A stretch of 63,373 nt of DNA, filler included, from Archaeoglobus sp. JdFR-37 (lineage in GTDB: Archaea; Halobacteriota; Archaeoglobi; Archaeoglobales; Archaeoglobaceae): assembly GCA_002010215.1 (NCBI GenBank). It is 3 parts of 3 records of this genome, joined end to end, with 100 filler letters (N's around TTAATTAATTAA, not from the genome) between each part and the next. Parts side by side here need not be neighbours in the genome. Positions count along the whole stretch, not along the records: positions 48,384 to 63,373 come from MTMY01000005.1; 2 more parts are not named here. The stretch is one strand, 5' to 3'. The position numbers were made by a program, and so were the translations under genes. Below the pieces are notes generated by a model. It was given only the letters and a program-made list of their open reading frames with translations. It was not told the origin of the DNA and searched no databases. The stretch's first letter is position 1. The number at the start of each line of letters is the position of its first letter. Below, one piece after another: positions 51,516-60,519 of the stretch.

Positions 51516-51546
51516 CTAACACTGATACTATCTACTGACACTGACA
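51516..51546 (-). repeat. 5' arm of hexamer-based inverted repeat
   Basis: Coding strand TGTCAG TGTCAG TAGATAG TATCAG TGTTAG, starting right after the upstream stop codon. Confidence 0.8.
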
Positions 51547-52467
51547 CTATCTGTTATAAACCTTCTTCATCCACTCAATATACCTCGGTATTCCCTCTTC
51601 AATAGGCACCTTAGGATCATGTTTTAAATCCCTTCTTGCCTTCGAAAAATCTACCTTTTTTACCTTGGTAGTAAATGGTTCAGCTTCTTTATAGGTCACC
51701 AATTTATCACTTTTACCAAGATATTTTAAAATCAGATCAGATATGTACTTAATGTCTGTTATCCATTCTTCCCTGCCACCGATATTATAAACTTCACCAG
51801 GGATAAAATTATCCACAATATTGGCAAGCGTTCGACATGTATCCTCAACATAGTCAAATATACGTTTGTGACCCATATAAACCGTATAGGGCATATCCAT
51901 AAGGGCACGGTAGACAAAAATCGGAATGACCCCTCTATAAGAACTATAATATTCATGGGGCCCATAGCAATTTAGAGGCCGAACCCGCACAGTTTCCGTG
52001 CCAAACATCTCCGCAGAGTTTAACACCTGCAATTCTCCGGCCCATTTAGATATGGCATAATCATTCATTTGCTTGATAGAAATCTTATCCATGACATCTT
52101 CACTCATGACACCATCATAATCACCATAGACTTCGCAGCTACTGAAGAATATCTGTCGGAATCGATATTTCTCCTGAAGCCTCAGGATGTTTTTCGTTCC
52201 TATAACATTGGTTCTCCACAGATTCTCATAATGGTCTTCCCCATTCCATCTGCCATACTCTGCTGCCAGATGATATACATAGTCAAAGGAATGTTTTTCA
52301 AATATCCTTTCCATTTGCCAGTAACTTGCCACATCTGCCCTTATATGGATATCTTCTTCACCATGAAGAATGTCACAAGTTATAACTTCATGCCCCCTTG
52401 ACCTTAATTCAGCCACAAGATTTGTTCCTATAAATCCTTTACCACCAGTAACAAGAATTTTAGCCAT
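51547..52467 (-). CDS. NAD-dependent epimerase/dehydratase
   Basis: TGGKGFIG and YAISK; SD GGAGG. Confidence 0.94.
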   Translation of the reverse strand: MAKILVTGGKGFIGTNLVAELRSRGHEVITCDILHGEEDIHIRADVASYWQMERIFEKHSFDYVYHLAAEYGRWNGEDHYENLWRTNVIGTKNILRLQEKYRFRQIFFSSCEVYGDYDGVMSEDVMDKISIKQMNDYAISKWAGELQVLNSAEMFGTETVRVRPLNCYGPHEYYSSYRGVIPIFVYRALMDMPYTVYMGHKRIFDYVEDTCRTLANIVDNFIPGEVYNIGGREEWITDIKYISDLILKYLGKSDKLVTYKEAEPFTTKVKKVDFSKARRDLKHDPKVPIEEGIPRYIEWMKKVYNR

Positions 52468-52503
52468 ATTCTCCTCCGATTTAGCTTTTTCAACTAATTT
52501 GCC

Positions 52504-52534
52504 ATGCCCCGCCCGCCAAGACCGAGCGGGGCAC
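52504..52534 (-). repeat. GC-rich hairpin (REP/MITE-like)
   Basis: GTGCCCCGCTCG-GTCTTGG-CGGGCGGGGCAT, a 12-bp stem including G:U pairs. Confidence 0.6.
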
Positions 52535-52810
52535 CCTCGATGGATGAAAATAGGTATAATGCGACATCAATCTCTTATCTCCGGGATTAAGAGGTCGCGT
52601 ATCTGTTGGTGCTGCAAAGCCCGCAACTAGTTCGACCCGGGCATCCTCAAGGCACCCTAGATTGTTGCCATAGAGCACGATAAATAAACTCTTCCCACAA
52701 AAGGACGCCCCCTCTCGGAGATAACACACGGCCCAAACCTATTTTCTAAGTAATAATCAATAACTGTCACTATTTTCTAACACTGTCAAACTGAGACTCT
52801 TTCCCTGTCA

Positions 52811-54034
52811 CTACCTCGATCTCATAACCTCATAAAAAAGCTGTTCGTATTTTGGAATCTGAACCTCCGGCGCTAAATGCTGAAAATAATATTTCCTTCC
52901 CGCCGATCCCATAGCTTCTCTTTCTTTTGGAGACATAGCATAAAGTTTTCGTACAACACGAGCAAAGTCAACTGGGTCCATTGAACGCACTGCCAGACCC
53001 GCTCCAGCCCTAACAACTAAATCCGCTGCATCCCCATTTACCGATACAATTATTGGTTTTCCGCTTAATAGGCAGGATTGGGTCTTACCAGGCACAGTAA
53101 TCTCAAATAATGGATCATCAGTAAGATGAACCATCACAGCATCTACTAACGCATAGAAAGACGGCATCATTTCCATAGGCTGACGTGGTAAAAATTTTAC
53201 ATTTTTTAATTTTCTTTCCTTTGCCATTTTTTCCAATCTATCACGATCTATTCCACTACCCATCAACACAAACTGCAATTTTTTAATGTCGGTTAACAAT
53301 GATGCCGCTTCAATTACATTATGAAGTCCTTGGGCCGGTCCCATATTTCCAGAATAAAGTATATTAAAATAACCCTTAAGATTCCACTTTTCAGCGAGAG
53401 ATGGATCAGGATCAGGTAATGTAAATTCTCCTTCATATGCCCAATTATAAAAAATGTGAATTTTTTCACTTGAAACACCTTTCGCTTCCAAATTTCTTTT
53501 AAATCCTGCTGATATTACTGTAATGGCAGAAGCCTTTTTATATGTAAACATAGCCAATTTAGCTAAAACTTTTAACATTAACTGACTAGATATCATTCCT
53601 GTTGCTGGTAAAGTTTCTGGCCACATATCTTGGATTTCAAAGACAAAAGGTATTTTTCGGGGTAAACTAATGATGCATGCAGGTATTCCCAAAGTTATCG
53701 GAGGGTGATATACCATCATGACATCAACTTCACCACAGAAAAGGGGACCAAATATTGTTGCAGACATGGGAAAACTTAAATAGTTTAGCGATCTTTTAAC
53801 CACTGAATGGCTTCTGTCAGGATATAATGGCAACCTAATTACTTTTACACCATCGATTTCCTCTCGCTGAAAAAGCTTCTGCCGATAACCCGAATATATT
53901 TTCCCTTGGGGGTAATTTGGAAATCCGGTTAAGACTATCACTTCATGGCCACGATTAACCAGACCCTTGGCAAGAATGTGCATCTTGGGGTCGGGTTCGG
54001 GAATATAGTTCTGGGCTAAAATCAAAATCTTCAA
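52811..54034 (-). CDS. Glycosyltransferase family 4 (WbuB-like)
   Basis: QNYIPE, TGFPNYPQG, IQDMWPE and GNMGPAQGL motifs. Confidence 0.92.
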   Translation of the reverse strand: MKILILAQNYIPEPDPKMHILAKGLVNRGHEVIVLTGFPNYPQGKIYSGYRQKLFQREEIDGVKVIRLPLYPDRSHSVVKRSLNYLSFPMSATIFGPLFCGEVDVMMVYHPPITLGIPACIISLPRKIPFVFEIQDMWPETLPATGMISSQLMLKVLAKLAMFTYKKASAITVISAGFKRNLEAKGVSSEKIHIFYNWAYEGEFTLPDPDPSLAEKWNLKGYFNILYSGNMGPAQGLHNVIEAASLLTDIKKLQFVLMGSGIDRDRLEKMAKERKLKNVKFLPRQPMEMMPSFYALVDAVMVHLTDDPLFEITVPGKTQSCLLSGKPIIVSVNGDAADLVVRAGAGLAVRSMDPVDFARVVRKLYAMSPKEREAMGSAGRKYYFQHLAPEVQIPKYEQLFYEVMRSR

Positions 54035-54045
54035 TCTCTTCCCCT

Positions 54046-55206
54046 CTATAAGTCAGAGCCTAATCCTAAAACGCTCCGGTAGAAATCTTTGTGTCTTTGA
54101 GCACATATTTCTAAATCTAATTCTCTTAGAGCTACAATACGTGCCAGCTTCCCAAATTTAGCCCTCAAATCCTCATCTTCGATGAGAATACTTACCTTTT
54201 TAGCAAGCGCCTCAACATCCCTCGGTGGAACTATGAAGCCATTCTCGCCGTCTCTAATAAATCTTTTTACATCTCCAACATCCGTCGAAACTATGGCCTT
54301 TTCCATAGCCATTGCTTCCCAGACAGCCATCGGGCTTGCCTCAGTTTCAGAGGTACATACATAAATATCAATAGCCTTTAGAATTGATGGAATATCGTTA
54401 CGGGCACCCAGAAACAAGATGTTATTAAGCCTATAATACCTAACCAATTCCTTCAACCGTCTCATATACTGTTTTTGGCTATCTAATTCAGGACCCACTA
54501 TATAGAAACTCAAGTTCTCATTTTTCTTCCCCAAAATGTTAGCAACACGAATAAAATCCTCTATTCTTTTTGTTGGATTTATAGTGCCCATAGTCACAAT
54601 CTTTATTTTTTTATCTTTTCCTATTAGTTCATTTCTTACTACGTTTTCAGGGCTCAAATATGCAGTATCCACTGGAGCCTGAATCTCGATAAACTTCTTT
54701 TTTTGTAATCTGTTACCATTGAGATAAAATTGGTAAACTTTACTTCCTGCTACGATAAAACCATTACACAAACCTCCTATCATGTTAAAAATGACTCTCA
54801 GAATCCATGGTAGCTCGGTATCGTTTAAATGCCATACCACCTTTGCACCAGCCATTTTGGCTGCTAAAACACCTTTCATCTGCCATGAGGCGTTGCAATG
54901 AACTAATCGAATCTCCTCTTTTTTAATGTAATTATACAGAGAAAGTACTTCTGGAATGAACAAAATGGCCCAACTAAAAAAATGTGGGGTGTGCCTTGTC
55001 AGTCTATGTAAGCTTAATCTTTGGACACGAACATTCCTTTCAAGTAGCTTATAATAAAAAATTTCCGAATCTTTTCTGGGTATGATGACGACCGTTTCAA
55101 TTCCATATCTTCTTAATCTTTCCGCTACCTGAAGAATCCGGTTTTGTGGGCCACCAAACCTACCATCTAATATTATGTTGGCTACTTTTAAAGAAAGACC
55201 ATCCAT
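54046..55206 (-). CDS. Glycosyltransferase family 4
   Basis: GGPQ and EASPMAVWEAMA (EX7E). Confidence 0.92.
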   Translation of the reverse strand: MDGLSLKVANIILDGRFGGPQNRILQVAERLRRYGIETVVIIPRKDSEIFYYKLLERNVRVQRLSLHRLTRHTPHFFSWAILFIPEVLSLYNYIKKEEIRLVHCNASWQMKGVLAAKMAGAKVVWHLNDTELPWILRVIFNMIGGLCNGFIVAGSKVYQFYLNGNRLQKKKFIEIQAPVDTAYLSPENVVRNELIGKDKKIKIVTMGTINPTKRIEDFIRVANILGKKNENLSFYIVGPELDSQKQYMRRLKELVRYYRLNNILFLGARNDIPSILKAIDIYVCTSETEASPMAVWEAMAMEKAIVSTDVGDVKRFIRDGENGFIVPPRDVEALAKKVSILIEDEDLRAKFGKLARIVALRELDLEICAQRHKDFYRSVLGLGSDL

Positions 55207-56330
55207 TAACGTAATTGTTTTGAAGGCTTAAACATTTTTTGATTAATTATATTTAAGTATAAAGACTGATACTGGTGAGCCATAATATCAATAGACCACC
55301 GTGAAGCAATCTGTTCAGCTAAACGAGCGCGACATAACGCTGATCCTTGGTCAGATAGTGTATATATAAGTGCAGCAGCAATGTCTTCTGGGTTATTTGG
55401 ATTAACAAATACAGCAGTTTCTTCATCTAGAAATTCTCGATGTGCTGGAATGTTTGATACAACCACAGGACATCCACAGGCCATAGCCTCCATGACAGTA
55501 TTTGGACAGCCTTCGTAAAAGCTGACCGAAACAAAAACGTCCGCACTTCGCATCCAGGACCAGATGTCTGATATGTAGCCAGGCAGAAATACACGATTTT
55601 CAATTCCAAGTTCTTTTATAAGAAACTCTGCTTTACGCCAAAGCGGACCCTCACCACACAAGAAAGCGGCAGCTTGGACCTTAGACACAACTTGGCCGAG
55701 TGCCATGATAAGATTTTCGATGTTTTTTTGCTTCTCCAAACGGCCAGCATAAAGGATTATCTTGTGATCGGGAGAAAGTCCTCTTGTTTGCCATTTGAAC
55801 TGAGGCGCAGAAGCCACATCCTCGATCGGGAGAGCATTGGGTATAACGTAAACAGGTACAGTACCATGGATTTGTGATCGCCAGTAATCCGCTCCAGCTG
55901 ACGAATTGGCAACAATCACACTGGCACGGAAAGCAAGTAAGCGGCGCAGATAATTCTTCCACGTTGGCGAATAAGCTGGTGCAGAGTTACGCTCACTCAA
56001 TATCCAAGGTACTTTCGCTAAGCTACAAGTAATTCCGCCTAAGACATTCATCATTGGAAGCCAAGTCTGTACAAGCCCCGGCTGAACCTCACGTATTATT
56101 GAATATAAGCGTGCCATTATAATAGGATCATAGTGGCTACGGCAAGGAATACAGTGGACTTTTACATCATTAGCGATTAAATTTTCCAAGTTTGCGCCTC
56201 CCGATAACAGCGCAACATGCACATCCCAACCATATGTAACTAGCCCCTTGCATAGGTAGGTTAACTGTCGTTCAGTCCCACCCCCACCCATGCTGGCAAT
56301 ACAGTGTAAGATGCGTCTGAGTCTATTCAT
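55206..56330 (-). CDS. Glycosyltransferase family 4
   Basis: GGTERQ, GRLEKQKN and EGCPNTVMEAMA. Confidence 0.92.
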   Translation of the reverse strand: MNRLRRILHCIASMGGGGTERQLTYLCKGLVTYGWDVHVALLSGGANLENLIANDVKVHCIPCRSHYDPIIMARLYSIIREVQPGLVQTWLPMMNVLGGITCSLAKVPWILSERNSAPAYSPTWKNYLRRLLAFRASVIVANSSAGADYWRSQIHGTVPVYVIPNALPIEDVASAPQFKWQTRGLSPDHKIILYAGRLEKQKNIENLIMALGQVVSKVQAAAFLCGEGPLWRKAEFLIKELGIENRVFLPGYISDIWSWMRSADVFVSVSFYEGCPNTVMEAMACGCPVVVSNIPAHREFLDEETAVFVNPNNPEDIAAALIYTLSDQGSALCRARLAEQIASRWSIDIMAHQYQSLYLNIINQKMFKPSKQLR

Positions 56331-56335
56331 GCATA

Positions 56336-58183
56336 CTATGGTTTTGGTGGCGAAATATTTTCTTTTTCGACCCATGCCGCTAGCACTTGCAAGGTCCAAA
56401 AACGAGACCAATTCTGCCCAGAAGTGAATCGTTGTTCCACAGTCCGAATCGCCTCATGATCCAGACCCAAGTCCACTTCTGTTAAGTCTGCTACCCTAAG
56501 ACCATTTCGGAGCCAGCGATCATAGGGTAATGCAAAACCCTGCTTGGGGCGCTGTGCAACCTTGTTCACGATACTTGACCCCACAGCATCAACCAGCAAA
56601 GGCTTTTGGCGATGGTGAGGATTCACCTTAAGATGGGTCGGCAATGCCACAATTTTTTCGACTAAACGATGGTTGACGAATGACGAGCGTAGCTCTATTG
56701 AGTTTGCCATGCTCATCTGATCCCCGTCCCGCAAAAGCGTATTCCGTAAATAATGTGTAAGTTCTAAACGTGATAACTTACCGAGCGGCGTCGTGCCTCC
56801 CTGGTCACGAATGAACCGCGTTTGAGGTAATCGTTTCTCTCCTCGCAATCGCTCAAGCCCCCTTTGTGAAAAGACTGAATGCTGGGCCAAGTAAGCTGCT
56901 GCTAGTGGCTCATGGGCACCGAGTGTCTGAAAGAGCTTCTCATACTTTGTGTCATGCAAACGGGCCCAGTGTGCAGCCAAGGTTGATAGAAGATAACGCA
57001 ACCAACTAATTGGTAAACTAGCCAGAAAAAGCAGCCAAGGGAAAAGAGTTTTTTGCCAATAGCCTAAGAAAAGTTCGTCTGCACCTTGCCCTGAGATAGC
57101 TACCTTGATGCCAGCCGAGCGAATGGCACGGCACACCAAGTAAGTATTCACCCCGTCAAAACTTGGTTGGTCCATAGCTTGCACGGCCTCAGGCACCCAA
57201 CTGTGAGCCTCATTTTCCCCTACCTCAATTTGATGATGACAGGTTTGAAACTGACCAGCTACTAATGAGGACCACCGTTCTTCGCTGAAAGTTTCGTCGA
57301 AACCCTTAAAGATTACGCTGAATGTCTGAAGGTTACAAAATCCCTGCTCGCTTAGTATTGCCACATTAGACGACGAATCGATCCCGCCAGACAGTAAAAC
57401 AGCCACTGGCACATCGGAAACCATACAAAAGCTGCAAGACTGCCGCAAAAGCATGCCGACCGTTTCTAACGCTTCTCCACGTGTGACAGGCACCCTCTCC
57501 TCCGGTATATCGCGCAGAGACCAGTAAGCTCGTGCTACAATCTGTCCCTTATGTAACCGTAACCAATGTCCAGCTTCCACTGCTCGAACATCTTTAATCA
57601 AGGTGAAAGGGTCGGCCACACTACCGAATGTCAAATAAGCATCCAATCCGTCAGAATCCATACGTCTTTCAACAACACCAGATGCCAAAAGTGAACGAAC
57701 CTCTGAAGCAAAAAGAAATCGGCCATTTTGAACCGTGTAGTATAAAGGCTTCTCACCCATTCTATCCCTGGCTAGCCAGAGAGAGTGATTCCTTCGGTCC
57801 CACAGCGCAAATGCAAACATACCGCATAAGCGATCCAATGCCCCGACCCCCCATCTGTGCCAGGCATAGAGGAGAACTTCAGTATCTGAGTTGCTGCGAA
57901 ACGTATATCCATAACCTTCTAATTCAGCCCGCAGTTCGCGGAAATTGTAAATTTCACCATTGAAGGTAATTACTAATTGATTATCGGCAGCAGACATCGG
58001 CTGGTGACCCGCCGGGCTTAAGTCCAAGACAGATAGACGACGATGACCAAGCCATATCACACCTTCCGGGAGTCTATCTTCCCAAACGCCTTCGCCATCA
58101 GGCCCCCGGTGCTTAAGGGCATCTAACATGGCGGCACGGTTAATACCCGTTGGATCACCAAGAAAACCACATATTCCACACAT
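56336..58183 (-). CDS. asnB: Asparagine synthase (glutamine-hydrolysing)-like amidotransferase, probably modifying a glycan
   Basis: MCGI, HRGPD, NGEIYN, LSGGIDSS and SGQGADE motifs; embedded among glycosyltransferases. Confidence 0.93.
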   Translation of the reverse strand: MCGICGFLGDPTGINRAAMLDALKHRGPDGEGVWEDRLPEGVIWLGHRRLSVLDLSPAGHQPMSAADNQLVITFNGEIYNFRELRAELEGYGYTFRSNSDTEVLLYAWHRWGVGALDRLCGMFAFALWDRRNHSLWLARDRMGEKPLYYTVQNGRFLFASEVRSLLASGVVERRMDSDGLDAYLTFGSVADPFTLIKDVRAVEAGHWLRLHKGQIVARAYWSLRDIPEERVPVTRGEALETVGMLLRQSCSFCMVSDVPVAVLLSGGIDSSSNVAILSEQGFCNLQTFSVIFKGFDETFSEERWSSLVAGQFQTCHHQIEVGENEAHSWVPEAVQAMDQPSFDGVNTYLVCRAIRSAGIKVAISGQGADELFLGYWQKTLFPWLLFLASLPISWLRYLLSTLAAHWARLHDTKYEKLFQTLGAHEPLAAAYLAQHSVFSQRGLERLRGEKRLPQTRFIRDQGGTTPLGKLSRLELTHYLRNTLLRDGDQMSMANSIELRSSFVNHRLVEKIVALPTHLKVNPHHRQKPLLVDAVGSSIVNKVAQRPKQGFALPYDRWLRNGLRVADLTEVDLGLDHEAIRTVEQRFTSGQNWSRFWTLQVLAAWVEKENISPPKP

Positions 58184-58212
58184 GAAAATAATCTATTAAT
58201 TGGGAATGACTG

Positions 58213-59253
58213 CTATTTATCGCCGTTTTGCAACGTCCGTTTGAACTTCGCTGAGCTAAAGAATCGGGCACGCGTTATCCTATAACGAAGGCATCGTGCG
58301 CCAGCCAACAGCACACGATGAAGCAAGCCTAATCCAAGAATGGTCCACCCTTTAAGCGAAACTGGATTCATTGAGAGATACCTTAGCATATAGTAGACTC
58401 CTGCCTTACGTTGGCCCGCAACAAAATGCCACAGACCTGCTGTCCTTATGATTACTGCGAACAGGTTAGGAGCGTGCCGTGCAATTGCCTGACCATGTTT
58501 CCGTAATATTTCTTCTGCCTGCCACGCCCAATCAGCAGCGTAACGGAGTAAAACTTTTACATCTTTGAAAGCCTTAGTGCGGGACTCGGTGTTGTCTGCA
58601 TCCGAATACTCAATTGCTATTATATCCGGATCAATCCTTTGTTTAGTGCATTTTGCAAGATCCAGTTGAAATATCGCATCACCTTTTCTTCGGTGTGCAG
58701 GCCACGAGACACAAACATCATAAAGTTCCCTTCTATAGCAACAGAGAAAATCAGTACCGCCTTCTTGATCAACCCATTTAATCCGTCCAACATAATCTAT
58801 AATGCCTTCCGGCACGAATGAGGGGGTGATTTTTCCTGTATCCCAAATATAACGAGACCCAATTACACCAACGTCCTCCGGAGCATCATAAGTTCTCGCG
58901 TATAAGTTCTCTAATGCTCCTGGAATCAAAGCGTGATCACTATCCAAAGTAATAATCCATTTACCGATCGCATTGCGAACGCCAGTATCACGAGCAGCAC
59001 AGAGCCCCTGGTTGCTCTTATGGCAAATAAGTTTAAACCGACTATCTGTTACGGTTTTTAGAATCTCCTTAGTTCCATCGGTTGAACCATCGTCAACGAC
59101 AACGACTTCAAAATCATCAAAGGATTGCTTAAGACAACTTTCTACACAGCGCATTATCATGTTCGCCCGGTTGTATACTGAGATGACAATACTAAACCAC
59201 GGAGAGGAATTGCCCTTTTTTACAAAAGCCTGTAATTCTCCTTTGTTTTGCAT
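58213..59253 (-). CDS. Glycosyltransferase family 2
   Basis: SIVISVYNRA, VVVVDDGSTD and LDSD (DxD). Confidence 0.92.
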   Translation of the reverse strand: MQNKGELQAFVKKGNSSPWFSIVISVYNRANMIMRCVESCLKQSFDDFEVVVVDDGSTDGTKEILKTVTDSRFKLICHKSNQGLCAARDTGVRNAIGKWIITLDSDHALIPGALENLYARTYDAPEDVGVIGSRYIWDTGKITPSFVPEGIIDYVGRIKWVDQEGGTDFLCCYRRELYDVCVSWPAHRRKGDAIFQLDLAKCTKQRIDPDIIAIEYSDADNTESRTKAFKDVKVLLRYAADWAWQAEEILRKHGQAIARHAPNLFAVIIRTAGLWHFVAGQRKAGVYYMLRYLSMNPVSLKGWTILGLGLLHRVLLAGARCLRYRITRARFFSSAKFKRTLQNGDK

Positions 59254-59442
59254 CTTTTCCTCTCCACCTTTTTTGAAATTGTACTGTGTACCGTCCCCCA
59301 TTTTGAAACACTTTTTAGCACGCCTGCGCCCTTAAGGAATACCAAGCGTAAAAACTGTTGAGATACTCCCTAGAACTCATATAACCCAAAGGCTGCATAT
59401 TTTTATGAAACCGGCCACCCCAGTCGTCACGAGTGTGTGCTA

Positions 59443-60518
59443 GAGTTCGTTGAAATTTAGGGGTGGCTCCTCCTAGAATAGGTCGACCTATTGTAAAGAC
59501 TATCAAAAGGAGGAGCCACTGATGGTGGAGAAGGTATCATGGATAGGCGGCAAAGGGAAGAGGACGAAGCGGGTTTTGAGGATACAATTTGAGGAGTTGG
59601 ATGTGAGGGTGGCATTGATTCAGGCGTTGATTCCCATAGGGTTAGAGGCAGTGGCGGAGGAGCTTCAAAGGGAGGTAGCGGCTTGCAGGGCCAAGGTATA
59701 GTCGCCATGGGGGGGATTGGATGGGCACTATCGATGGGGAGCGGAGCGACGTTCCATCCATCTATTTTGCTGACCAGAAAATGGCGATTCAGGTGCCTCG
59801 TGTGAGGGACTGTGTTGGGAACAGGGAGGTTTTATTGGGGACGTATGAGCTGTTGAGTAGTCCCAGGGCAGTGGATGAGGAGCTTTTGAGGAGGATCTTG
59901 CTGGGCATTTCATGTCGGGATTATGAGCGTTGTTGCAGGTTGGTGCCTGAGGCGTTTGGTTTGTCTCCCTCTACGATCTCGCGCAGGTTCATTCAGGTCA
60001 GCTCTCGCAAGCTCAAGGAGCTGATGGAGCGGGACTTATCTGTGTATGACATTTCGGTTTTGTTCATAGATGGGAAGAGCTTTGCCGAGGACGAGATGAT
60101 CATTGCTTTAGAGGTGACCTCAGAGGGCAAGAAGGTGCCATTGGCTTTTATCCCGGCTGCCACGGAGAACGCCACTGTGGTAAAGGACTTCCTTTGGGGA
60201 CTGATTGAGCGTGGGTTGAAGATTGATAGGGGAATCCTCTGCGTGATCGACGGCGCCAAGGATCTTGTAGCCGGCATCAAGAAGGTCTTCTCCGACAGGT
60301 CGCTGATCCAGCGGTCAGTGGCACAAGCGGGAAAATGTGCTTGGCTATTTGCCCAAAGTGATTCGCCCCAGCTGGCGCAGGAGGCTTCAGAGGGCGCCTA
60401 TGAGAAGCCCACTTATGAGGGGAACCAAGGCGGCCTTGATGCGTCTTAAGGCTGAGCTTAGGCTGGTGAATGAATCGGCCGCAGCAAGCCTTCAGAAGGG
60501 GCTGGAGGAGACGCTCAC
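59443..60518 (+). mobile_element. IS256-family element, 5' part; frameshifted transposase pseudogene interrupted by IS481
   Basis: End GAGTTCGTTGAAATT; ATG 59522; QVPRVRD, GISCRDY, LFIDGK, VIDGAKDL and EETLT blocks; frameshifts near 59680 and 60315. Confidence 0.88.
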
Positions 60519-60519
60519 C

